Source: Myxococcota bacterium
GTDB taxonomy: Bacteria > Myxococcota_A > UBA796 > UBA2385
DNA: 64,000 nucleotides
Reading direction: 5' to 3'
Assembly (NCBI GenBank): GCA_044344255.1
Contig: JBIJDH010000007.1
Location: 192,001 to 256,000 of the forward strand
Of this stretch, positions 46,670 through 58,146 are shown piece after piece; the stretch's first letter is position 1; every line of letters begins with the position of its first letter. The notes beneath the pieces are model-generated. The model had not been told where the DNA came from. It worked only from the letters and a program-made list of their open reading frames with translations, and did no database searches. Both the position numbers and the translations under genes were made by a program.

Positions 46670-49096
46670 ATGCGCGCTCTCCTCACTGTCCTCCTGCTGC
46701 TCGCCGCTTGCGCTGACAAGGGAGGGGCAGCGGCTCCCGCAGGCGAGGGCGAGGGCGAGGGAGAGGGAGAAGGGGAGGGCGAAGGCGAGGGCGAAGGCGA
46801 GGTCGTGGGCGTGACGCTCCGCCGCACGACCCACGGCGTGGTGCACGTCACCGCCGATGACCTTCACGGCGTCGGTTATGGCGTCGGCTACGCCTACGCA
46901 GAAGACAACGCCTGCCTGCTCGCCTGGCGGGTGGCCGAGGTCTCCGGGCGCCTCTCGGCCCACCTCGGCGCCGACGGCGAGACCAGCCTGCCCGTGCACG
47001 GGGTCACCTGGTCCGCCCTCGAGTCGGACCGCTTCTTCCTCGGTTGGCTCGACGACGGCGCGATTGAAGCGGGCTTCGCCGCCGGCTCCGCTGAGGTGCG
47101 TGACCTCGCCCAGGGCTACGCGGCGGGCATTAATCGCGCCTTCGCCGACCACCCCACCCGCGACGCCTGCGCGGTGGCCATGGAGGGTGAGGTCACGGTC
47201 TCGCAGGTCTATCGGATGTGGGTGGCCACCGCGCTCGTGGCCAGCGGGGAGGTCCTCGCGCCCTACATCGCGACGGAGGCCCCAGCGAGCGCGGCGCGGG
47301 AGGCGGCGATGCGCCCCGCCGCACGTCCACCAGGCCGATCCGGGGCCACGAGCCCGGCGGAGGGCCCTCTCCGCGCCCTCCCTCCCTTTGGGAGCAACGC
47401 CTGGGCCATCGGGCGCGAGGGCGCGCAGGACGGCTACGGGCTGCACCTCTACAACCCCCACTTCCCTTGGACGGGCATCCACCGGGTCTACATGGTCCAT
47501 CTGACCATCCCCGGTGAGCTCGACGTGATGGGACCCGTCCTCGGGGGGCTGCCCTTGCCCGCCGCCGGCTTCAACGCCCACGCGGTGTGGGGCCTCACCT
47601 TCTCCACCGCCGCGCGCTTCACCCTCTCCGAGCTGGCGCTGGTGGAGGGTGACCCGCTGCACTACTCCGTCGACGGGGAGACTCGCGCGATCAGCGAGGA
47701 GCGCTTCAGCGTCGAGGTCTTGGGAGAAGACAGCCCCCGCGAGGTCTCTTTCTTTCGGGCCGAGGACGGGCCGATCCTCGACGCCCCTGGCTTCTCACTC
47801 GGCTGGTCGGGTACCGCGGCCTTCGCCGCCCATGACATCAACCAGGACAACACCCGCTTCGTGGAGCAGCTCCTCGGCCTCGCGCGGGCCGGCTCTGTCG
47901 CAGAGGCCCGCGCCAGCCTGGAGGCGGTCCAGGGGCTGCCGTGGTCCTATACGATCGCGGTGGATGAAGCCGGAGACGTGCTGTTCGGCGACCTGTCCAA
48001 CGTGCCGGCCGTCTCGGCCGCCCTGCTCGCGGACTGCAACGGCTCGGAGACGGCCGAGGCCGTGCGGCCCTATGGCATCCTGGTCCTCGACGGCAGCCGG
48101 GGCGCCTGCACCTGGGAGGGGGCGATGCCGGCGAGCGAGCTCCCGGCCACCCTCCGCGCCGATTACGTGGCCAACAGCAACAACACCTACGACACCCCCA
48201 ACCTCGCCGCGCCCCTGCTCGGCTACTCGGGGGTGCTCGGCGCCGAGGGGGAGCCTCTGGCGCTGCGCCCCAGCCTGGGTCTGCGGATGATCGAGGCGCG
48301 CCTGTCCGGCGCCGACGGCCTCGGCGAGCCGGGCTTCACCGCGGCGCTGGCCGAGGCGGTCTTTCATCAGGAGCGGGGGCTCGCGGCTGAGCTCCTCGCC
48401 GGGCCGATCGCCGAGGACTGCCTGCTCGATCCGACTGGCGAGTGGGACGGCGTGGCGGTCGACCTCAGGGCGGTCTGTGAGGCCCTCGCCGAGTGGGATG
48501 GGCGCTACGAAGTGGAGAGCGTGGGCGCGCTGGTCTTTGACGGTCTCTGGGCCGCCCGGACAGAGGAGGGAGATCCCTCCGAGCTCTTCGCGACCCCCGC
48601 CGACTGGGCCGACCCTCTCGGCACCCCCGCTGGTTACACCGAGAGCGCGCTCCAGCGGGGGCGCGTGCGGGAGGCGCTGGCCCGGGTGGCGCTGGCCCTC
48701 GACGACGCGGGATGGTCTGCTGACAGCCCGTGGGGAGCCGCCCACGCGATCGAGGGGCCTGCAGGCACCGTCGGCGTCCCCGGGGGCTCGGGCGCGCAGG
48801 GCGTCTTCGACGTGCTGGAGAGCGAGCAGGGCTTCGGGACCTGGCGCGGCTGGACGGGGGCCCTCGGCGGCACCGCCCCCGAGCACCTCTTCGGGGCGAG
48901 CTACGTCCACGTTGTCCGCCTGGGCCCCGATGGCCCTGAGGCGTCGGGGCTCCTCACCTACAGCCAGGCCACCGAGCCGAGCTCCCCCTGGTACCTCGAC
49001 CAGCTCGAGCTCCTGTCCGCCAGCGAATGGTTCGCCTTCCCCTTCACCGAGGCCGACATCGCCGCCGATCCGGCGCTGGTGGAGATCACGCTCTGA
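46670..49096 (+). CDS. Penicillin acylase-family Ntn hydrolase (AHL acylase/aculeacin acylase-like) lipoprotein
   Basis: RRTTHGVVHV, GYAYAED, nucleophile GSNAWAIG, NPHFPW, YVANSN, LLTYSQ; lipobox LAAC; (GE)10 linker. Confidence 0.88.
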   Translation: MRALLTVLLLLAACADKGGAAAPAGEGEGEGEGEGEGEGEGEGEVVGVTLRRTTHGVVHVTADDLHGVGYGVGYAYAEDNACLLAWRVAEVSGRLSAHLGADGETSLPVHGVTWSALESDRFFLGWLDDGAIEAGFAAGSAEVRDLAQGYAAGINRAFADHPTRDACAVAMEGEVTVSQVYRMWVATALVASGEVLAPYIATEAPASAAREAAMRPAARPPGRSGATSPAEGPLRALPPFGSNAWAIGREGAQDGYGLHLYNPHFPWTGIHRVYMVHLTIPGELDVMGPVLGGLPLPAAGFNAHAVWGLTFSTAARFTLSELALVEGDPLHYSVDGETRAISEERFSVEVLGEDSPREVSFFRAEDGPILDAPGFSLGWSGTAAFAAHDINQDNTRFVEQLLGLARAGSVAEARASLEAVQGLPWSYTIAVDEAGDVLFGDLSNVPAVSAALLADCNGSETAEAVRPYGILVLDGSRGACTWEGAMPASELPATLRADYVANSNNTYDTPNLAAPLLGYSGVLGAEGEPLALRPSLGLRMIEARLSGADGLGEPGFTAALAEAVFHQERGLAAELLAGPIAEDCLLDPTGEWDGVAVDLRAVCEALAEWDGRYEVESVGALVFDGLWAARTEEGDPSELFATPADWADPLGTPAGYTESALQRGRVREALARVALALDDAGWSADSPWGAAHAIEGPAGTVGVPGGSGAQGVFDVLESEQGFGTWRGWTGALGGTAPEHLFGASYVHVVRLGPDGPEASGLLTYSQATEPSSPWYLDQLELLSASEWFAFPFTEADIAADPALVEITL

Positions 49097-49162
49097 TCGC
49101 AGGGCCGATCTTCACCGCCCCGCTCGGAGTCCGCTACCCGCCTGCGCCGGGTGAGCGGCCGG

Positions 49163-49828
49163 TCAGAGGTCCCGACAGGTGTACATCCCCGTGATGCCGC
49201 CCCGATAGACCGTGATCGTGTCGCCTGTGTCCATTCGTCTCCAGGCTGCCTCGTCGGAGACGACGCAGTCGTTGTCTTTGTCCCCCTTGGGCTTGAAGCG
49301 CAGGGACAGCGCCTGGCGCCGGCTGGCCTCCCGCTGGCAGCCCACCTCCATGCAGGAGTCGGCCTCGAAGTCGGGCCAGCGGGGCGCCTTGTCGTCACCC
49401 TCGAGCTTCTGGGCCGGGCCCCGCCGCCACTCCAGCGCCTCGTAGGTGCACCACTCGGCGACGATCTCCTTCGTGCGCGAGCCGCTCCGCTCCTCGCTGC
49501 GGGTGCGCTCCTCTCGGCGCAGCACGCGGGCCTCGCGGGGGACGTCGGCGCACCAGTCCTCCTCCTTCACCCGGACCCGCTCCGAGATCTCGATCGTCCG
49601 CTCCCAGTGGTGCCCCTTCACCGTGGCCTTTACGGTGTCGGCGGTGGCCTGGTCGAGGCCGAAGAAGCCGAGGATCGCCATCACCACCGTCGACAGACAG
49701 CCGAGGACGGCGACGGCCGCCAACGCGGCGGTGAGGCCGAGCGCGATGACGGCAAACAGCTTGAGGCTCAGCACAAAGAGCTTCGGCTTGAGGAGGAGGG
49801 AGGGTGGGGAATAGGCGCTGATGGGCAT
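49163..49828 (-). CDS. Hypothetical membrane-anchored Cys-containing protein
   Basis: N-terminal TM; HHWERTIEI, WCTYEALEW, PRWP. Confidence 0.6.
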   Translation of the reverse strand: MPISAYSPPSLLLKPKLFVLSLKLFAVIALGLTAALAAVAVLGCLSTVVMAILGFFGLDQATADTVKATVKGHHWERTIEISERVRVKEEDWCADVPREARVLRREERTRSEERSGSRTKEIVAEWCTYEALEWRRGPAQKLEGDDKAPRWPDFEADSCMEVGCQREASRRQALSLRFKPKGDKDNDCVVSDEAAWRRMDTGDTITVYRGGITGMYTCRDL

Positions 49829-49891
49829 CGGGACCTCGGTCCCGGTCGGCTAACCGCGGCGCCGCGGGGGTGGGCTGATCTTGCCACTTAG

Positions 49892-49939
49892 CCCCCCCCC
49901 TGGCTTTCCCCCCTGGCACCCCCCTGGCACCCCCCTGGC
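49892..49939 (-). repeat. Four G-tract repeat (G6/G6/G6/G9 on minus strand), G-quadruplex-capable
   Basis: C-runs at 49892-49900, 49908-49913, 49919-49924 and 49930-49935, each followed by TGGC. Confidence 0.6.
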
Positions 49940-49945
49940 CGCGGC

Positions 49946-53109
<3,164 letters not shown>

Positions 53110-53175
53110 CGGGAGGGACCTCAAGGAGGGGGGGGCGAGGCGAGCCGCAGGGGTCCGCTTTGGGGGCGGAGGCTA

Positions 53176-53367
53176 TCCTGCCTCGTTCCCCAGACGGCGG
53201 TGTTCGGGACCATCCTCGCCACCGCCTACCTCGGCGGCGCGGCGGCCACGCATGTGTCGGCGCAAGAGGCCTTCGTCGCCCCGGTCGTGGTCGCGGTCCT
53301 CCTCTGGACGGGCATCGGGCTGCGTGACGCGCGCCTCCGCGCCCTGCTGCCCCTCCGCCGGAGCTGA
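53176..53367 (+). pseudogene. C-terminal fragment of a DoxX-family membrane protein
   Basis: LVPQTAVFGTILATAYLGGAAATHV..LLWTGIGLRDARLRALLPLR; N-terminal half missing. Confidence 0.7.
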
Positions 53368-53427
53368 GGCGGCGGCCGGGAGCCGCGCCCGTTGGCCTCC
53401 CCGGAGGCCTTCGGTTATCGCTGGACC

Positions 53428-53501
53428 GGACCAGTGGCGAAACGGTAAACGCGCCGGATTTAAAATCAGGTTCTTTGTGGGTTCGACTCCCATCTGGTCT
53501 A
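53428..53501 (+). tRNA. tRNA-Leu(UAA), atypical short variable loop
   Basis: Acceptor GGACCAG/CTGGTCT+A; Leu-type D arm GCG-AAACGGTAAA-CGC; anticodon loop TT-TAA-AA; T arm GTGGG-TTCGACT-CCCAT; no encoded CCA. Confidence 0.85.
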
Positions 53502-53678
53502 CTCTGTCTCTCCCGCGACGTGCTCGCCGAGCTCCAGCGGCGCCGGCTCATCGACAACCAGGACGCGGTGCTCCGGCTCATCGAGGCCAGCCGGTACCTC
53601 CCGACTCGCGCCGCACCGCGGCGGTGGCCGGGTTTGGGCTGAACGAGGGGGGCCAGCTCGCTCCGCCGCCCTGTCGAG

Positions 53679-54218
53679 TCACGGTGGCGGAGCGTATTCA
53701 ACGGCCCTCGAGACCAGCCCGTCTGCGGCTCGACCGGCCTTCATCGCGCCGGGCTCCTCGGCGAGCTGCAACAGGGACAGGAGGCCGAGCGCGATGTCCT
53801 GCGTGCTGCAGGCTCCCTCGAGGGAGGCGACCCGGCGGTGGAGGCGCCCTCGAATGTCCCCCGACGCGGGGTCGATGGACAGGGTCTGCCACAAGAACAG
53901 GGGGCGCACCTCCACCGCCTCACCGGTCACGCGGACCCGTCGGAAGAGGGCATAGGACAACCCCCCGTCCCCGTCGTAGGCGGACACCCAGTCCGTGACG
54001 CGCTGCTCCCGAAGCGCGGCCCGCTGCCAATAGGCGGTCCCACCTCGGACTTGGACCGTGGTTCCGCTCGCGCTGACCTCACAGGCCCCTTGGTGCGGGG
54101 CCGGCTCCTCGGGGGCGGGCCGCTCGGCGGCGGCCGCTGGCGACCCGGAGCCCGCCCACAGCAGCAGGCCGGTGAGCCAGGCGGGGACGGTCATTCGCGG
54201 GGATGGTCGTAGCTTCAT
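53679..54218 (-). CDS. Hypothetical exported protein
   Basis: Signal-peptide-like N-terminus; preceded by a consensus sigma54 promoter. Confidence 0.55.
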   Translation of the reverse strand: MKLRPSPRMTVPAWLTGLLLWAGSGSPAAAAERPAPEEPAPHQGACEVSASGTTVQVRGGTAYWQRAALREQRVTDWVSAYDGDGGLSYALFRRVRVTGEAVEVRPLFLWQTLSIDPASGDIRGRLHRRVASLEGACSTQDIALGLLSLLQLAEEPGAMKAGRAADGLVSRAVEYAPPP

Positions 54219-54340
54219 GGAGTCCACCTGGATCCGGGGGACGGATCGGGAAGCGGGGGCCAAATGCGGGGCACCGCGGTGCGGTGAGGCGGGCCAGCGC
54301 GCCGCCGGGCGCGCCGACGCCGCGCCCCGCTGGAGGACAC

Positions 54341-54356
54341 TGCAACCCCTGTGCCA
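54341..54356 (-). promoter_or_regulatory. Sigma54 (-24/-12) promoter
   Basis: Minus strand reads TGGCAC-AGGGG-TTGCA, a full consensus match. TGTTCA direct repeats at 54404 and 54414 lie upstream. Confidence 0.75.
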
Positions 54357-54504
54357 GCCGGAGGGGGGGCCGCGGCGCGGCTGAGGCGGTCCGGGAGGCC
54401 TGGTGTTCAACTCTGTTCAGAACGGGGACGCCCGCGGGGCACACCACCTCCCGCCGCCCCCGCGGGGCTGCGAACGCCCTGCGCTGGCTGGCGGGTCGCG
54501 ACGT

Positions 54505-55296
54505 TCAAGGTGTCCAAAGCTCGAGCTCTGCATATTCACTCTCTACGGTGCCGATCCCGGGAGAGATCCAGAAGTCGCTGTTCGAGGTGCCGTCGCTCCG
54601 ACGGACGCGGAGCACGGGATAGGTGCCAGCCGGGACCGTTCGAGTGTCTGCTTCGACCACGTCGAAATTGATGTTGTAGGCCGTGCTTCCTGAACCGGAA
54701 GAGCCCGTGTAGGAGTAGGTGCCCGTGGCCGTCCAGCGGTCTCCCGGCTCGGGATGCGCGGCCACGAGGAGATAGTCCCCATAGCTGATCTCCATCCAGC
54801 CTTCGTCCGTGTACCCGCTGGTCGTCTCATAGGCCCACTCGAGAGAATAGGACTCCAACCACAGCCCATCGGCGTCGCAGCGGTACACCCCTTCGCTCGT
54901 GCTGGTGTAGCTGCGGAAGGTCGACCCGGACACCGAAGACTCAGACGACATCACCGACCGGCCGGTCGAGGGATCCCAGGACTCTGTCAGGCTCGTATAG
55001 GTGCCCCCGTAGCCCAGCTCCGACTCCGCGGACTCCTTGTAGCGGTAGACCCCCAGGGCACCGACCAGGTTCGCGGCGGAGTACTCGCCGCACGCGGCGG
55101 GATCTGCGTCACTGTCGGAGTCGGTGTCGCTGTCGGAGTCGGCGTCCGTATCGGTGTCACTGTCGGAGTCGGTGTCGGCGACCGTATCGGCGTCCGTGTC
55201 CGGGTCGGCATCCGAGTCTCCCTCGGGGCCTCCCCCTTTGGGGTGAGCGGCGCAGGCGAAGCACAGGGTGATGAGGGCGAGGTGGATCGGGTGCAT
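54505..55296 (-). CDS. Lipoprotein with (D-T/S/A)n acidic linker
   Basis: Lipobox FAC; DSDADPDTDAD... linker; C-terminal TVPAGTY..WISPGIGTV. Confidence 0.78.
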   Translation of the reverse strand: MHPIHLALITLCFACAAHPKGGGPEGDSDADPDTDADTVADTDSDSDTDTDADSDSDTDSDSDADPAACGEYSAANLVGALGVYRYKESAESELGYGGTYTSLTESWDPSTGRSVMSSESSVSGSTFRSYTSTSEGVYRCDADGLWLESYSLEWAYETTSGYTDEGWMEISYGDYLLVAAHPEPGDRWTATGTYSYTGSSGSGSTAYNINFDVVEADTRTVPAGTYPVLRVRRSDGTSNSDFWISPGIGTVESEYAELELWTP

Positions 55297-55352
55297 CGGC
55301 CAATTGTAGCTCCGGGCCGCGCATCCCGCTCCCGGCGCTGAGGCCGCCGGCC

Positions 55353-56936
55353 TTACTCTGCGGCCGCGAAGCCACCCGCCACCCGCCCGCCCCAGAGGCA
55401 GGCGGAGACGGAGCCGCTGAAGCCCCAGCCGATCGAGGGCGTGCCCAGGAAGCCCGCGGCCTCGCCGGCCACATAGAGGCCGGGGATGACCGAACCGTCG
55501 CGGTTGAGGGCCCGCATGTGGCTGTCGGTGAGGGCGCCGCCGAAGGCCTTGGCAGCCCCCGGGCGGAGCTCGATGGCGTAGATCGGGCCATCCCCGAAGG
55601 GGACGAGCAGGTCGGGGTTCTTGCCGAAGTCGTCGTCCAGGCCGAGCTCGACCAGGGCGTCATACCGATCGAAGGTGTCCTGCATCGCGGCGAGGGGCAC
55701 ATCCCGCCCCTCTGCGAAGGCCTCGATGCTGCCGTACTCGGTGACCACGCCGAGCGAGAGCAGGGTCGCGGCGTCATAGCTCTCGGCGACGTGGGGATCC
55801 GTCCAGTTGTAGCCGGGCACGATGCCCAAGAGGCCGGAGAAGGCGGCCGCCGGGATGAGGGCCCAGGCGTGGTCAAAGCCCGCGTCGAGCAGGGCGTCCG
55901 CATCCTCGAAGGTGCCGTAGTAGCCTTCGTCTCCGAGGCGCTCTCCCTCGGGGTTGACGAAGAGCCCGAAAGCAGTGCCCTGCATGAGCACCGACTCCCG
56001 ACCGCCGGCCCGCCGCGGATCCATTGCCGAGTGGATGTACATGCCGTAATTGCCGAGGTTCTGGGTGCTGCCCCCCGCCTCCTGTACGAGGTTGGCGCCC
56101 GAGCCGTTGGACAGGGCGGAGGCCTCGTAGACGAAGGTGAGCTCGCCCAGGGCCGGCCGCGCGGCCACCATCAAGGCGTCATTGCGGGCGAAGCCGCCGC
56201 TGGCCACCACCACCGCCTCGGCCTCGATCCAGCCCGAGCCGGCGGGACCCTCGACGAGGGCGCCCACCACCCGATCTCCATCGAGGACGAGGGAGGTGGC
56301 GCGGGTGGCGGTGAGGGCGTCCTCGCCGAGGCCCTCTCCCACCTGGTCGGCGAGGTAGGTGCCAGGCTCGTAGAAGACGCCGTGAATGCGGGACCGGGAG
56401 CCATTCGCGGGATCCGGGCTGACGAAAGAGTTGATGATGGCGCCGTGGGCCTCGATCCACTCGATGGTCTCGGCGGAGCCGTCGAGGAAGGCCCGCACGT
56501 TCTCGTCCTCACCCTCTCCGCCGGTGAACGAGGACCACTCCGCCGCCGCGATCTCCGGGCTGTCCTCCACCCGGCTCTCCGCCTGCCAGCGGCTGCCCAC
56601 CGCGAAGTGCTGGCCCGCGGAGCCGCCGTTGCCGCCGAGCTTGTCGGCGAGCTCCACCACGATGACATCGGCGCCGGACTCCATCGCCTCGAGGGCGGCC
56701 GCGCTGCCCGCCGCACCCGAGCCGATGATGAGGACCCCCGTGCTCCGAATCGGCTCGGCCGCCTCACCCACGAGCTCCACCAGCGCGACGCTCGAGGGGC
56801 CGCCGGCGGCGCCTGTCGTGCCGGTCGCCGGACGAGCCGCCGCCTCGGAGCGCAGGGTCGGGGCGGGGTGGGGCTGAGCACAACCGATCCCCAGGAGGGG
56901 GAAGAGGAGGGCAGAGGTGGTGAAGAGCCTGGGCAT
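55353..56936 (-). CDS. FAD-dependent oxidoreductase (FAD_binding_2; flavocytochrome c / ketosteroid dehydrogenase-like) lipoprotein
   Basis: IIGSGAAG, VVVASGGF, FVNPEGER, DDDFGK, IPGLYVAGE; lipobox GIGC. Confidence 0.85.
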   Translation of the reverse strand: MPRLFTTSALLFPLLGIGCAQPHPAPTLRSEAAARPATGTTGAAGGPSSVALVELVGEAAEPIRSTGVLIIGSGAAGSAAALEAMESGADVIVVELADKLGGNGGSAGQHFAVGSRWQAESRVEDSPEIAAAEWSSFTGGEGEDENVRAFLDGSAETIEWIEAHGAIINSFVSPDPANGSRSRIHGVFYEPGTYLADQVGEGLGEDALTATRATSLVLDGDRVVGALVEGPAGSGWIEAEAVVVASGGFARNDALMVAARPALGELTFVYEASALSNGSGANLVQEAGGSTQNLGNYGMYIHSAMDPRRAGGRESVLMQGTAFGLFVNPEGERLGDEGYYGTFEDADALLDAGFDHAWALIPAAAFSGLLGIVPGYNWTDPHVAESYDAATLLSLGVVTEYGSIEAFAEGRDVPLAAMQDTFDRYDALVELGLDDDFGKNPDLLVPFGDGPIYAIELRPGAAKAFGGALTDSHMRALNRDGSVIPGLYVAGEAAGFLGTPSIGWGFSGSVSACLWGGRVAGGFAAAE

Positions 56937-56943
56937 GGAGCGT

Positions 56944-57098
56944 CCTGACAAGTTCAAGACAAGTCTCCCACGCTGTCAGGTGCTCGTCAAGCCAGGCTGG
57001 CTGAAATGTCAAGGAATCTCGTTCTCTGTCAAATCGACATTCTTGGAGATCGACAATATCGGCTATGTAGAGCGATAGTTCGCAACTTGACAATATTC
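56944..57098. promoter_or_regulatory. AT-rich promoter region with phased (T/C)TGACA repeats
   Basis: TGTCA/CGTCA at 56974, 56985, 57007 and 57027; GACAAGT twice 11 bp apart; inverted repeat CCTGACA..TGTCAGG. Confidence 0.5.
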
Positions 57099-57172
57099 GT
57101 CACTTCGCCTCCGCCGGGCACACCGCCGGCCGGACCCTGGGCGGCCCCCTCTGGCCCTCGATCCCGGTGCCG

Positions 57173-57361
57173 ATGGCCCCGAAGGGCGATGGCATGGCCC
57201 CGAAGGGCGATGGCATGGCCCCGAAGGGCAATGGCATGGCCCCGAAGGGCGATGGCATGGCCCCGAAGGGCGATGGCATGGCCCCGAAGGGCGATGGCAT
57301 GGCCCCGAAGGGCGATGGCATGGCCCCGAAGGGCGATGGCATGGCCCCGAAGGGCGAAACG
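57173..57361. repeat. Tandem array of nine 21-bp units, each with a GCCC-TTCG-GGGC hairpin (minus strand)
   Basis: (ATGGCCCCGAAGGGCGATGGC)n; unit 3 has one substitution and the last unit ends GAAACG. Confidence 0.95.
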
Positions 57362-57904
57362 GCGGCGGCCTACTGCGCGCGGGGGGCGGCGGCGGCCTGC
57401 TCGAGCCACTCGATGATGTCGGCCGACTCGAAGAGGGGCTCGCCGTGGATGAAGAGGCAGGGCACCTGGGTGCGGCCGGTCTGGCGGTAGAGCTCGCCGG
57501 AGGCCGCGGGGTCGGTGCGGGTGTCGCGGGTGGGCACGATGATGCCGAGCTCGGCGATGCGGCGCTGCACCCGCCGACAGTAGGGGCAGGCGTCGTACTT
57601 GTAGAGCAGCAGCTCGGACTGGAGCGAGGGCCCCGCAGAGGGGGCGGCGGGCGTGGTCACGGGGGCGGCCTCGCGGCGTGGCGGCGTGGCGGTAGGGGCC
57701 GCGCTCGGGGGGACGGAGGGGCGACCGGCAGGGGCCGGCTCGCCTGTCAGGAGGCGGCGGAGTCGGGACAGCATGGGCTACTCCTCCCCCGATCCGTCGT
57801 CGTCGTCGAGCGCTCCCCCTTCGTCGTCTGCCCCTTCGTCGTCGCCCTCTCCCTCGCCCTCGTCGTCTCCCTCGTCGAGCGTGCCTTCCAGGCGGGCGTG
57901 GAGC
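57341..57904. repeat. Direct repeat copy 1 (of 58992-59651), carrying a 96-bp deletion
   Basis: Near-identical at offset 1651, with a few SNPs. Confidence 0.92.
57370..57774 (-). CDS. Glutaredoxin-family protein, copy 1
   Basis: CPYC, TGRTQVPCLFI, ESADII. Confidence 0.88.
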   Translation of the reverse strand: MLSRLRRLLTGEPAPAGRPSVPPSAAPTATPPRREAAPVTTPAAPSAGPSLQSELLLYKYDACPYCRRVQRRIAELGIIVPTRDTRTDPAASGELYRQTGRTQVPCLFIHGEPLFESADIIEWLEQAAAAPRAQ

Positions 57905-58146
57905 GCATGACTCTCCCGGACGGTTGGCTCGAGGGGGATGCCTGCATCGGGCACCATGTGTTGACGCGGGTGCTGGTCGGCGCGGCAGGCGGGTAGCGCC
58001 TCCGGGGCCCGAGCGCCTTCAGGGGCTCCAGCTCGAGGCGGGACCCCCAAAGGCGCCCATGTCATTCCGGCCGCCGGAAGCATCCGTTTTGCCGCGCTGG
58101 TCCACCTCGCGATGCCCTGATCCTTTCGCGGTGCTATCTTCCGGCC

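Noticed and set aside
53477..53501. tRNA 3' end as att site of an integrated element
   Set aside because: No duplicate of the tRNA 3' end and no integrase seen in the window.
57173..57361. CRISPR or guide-RNA array
   Set aside because: The units are contiguous and essentially identical, with no unique spacers and no cas or Nop-domain genes nearby.
57029..57490. Repeat-peptide ORFs (MAPKGDG)n and (GHAIALR)n
   Set aside because: By-products of the 21-bp repeat being open in several frames; no RBS or domain support.
57907..57996. Short ORF MTLPDGWLEGDACIGHHVLTRVLVGAAGG resembling a kinase N-terminus
   Set aside because: Too short and degenerate to support a call.
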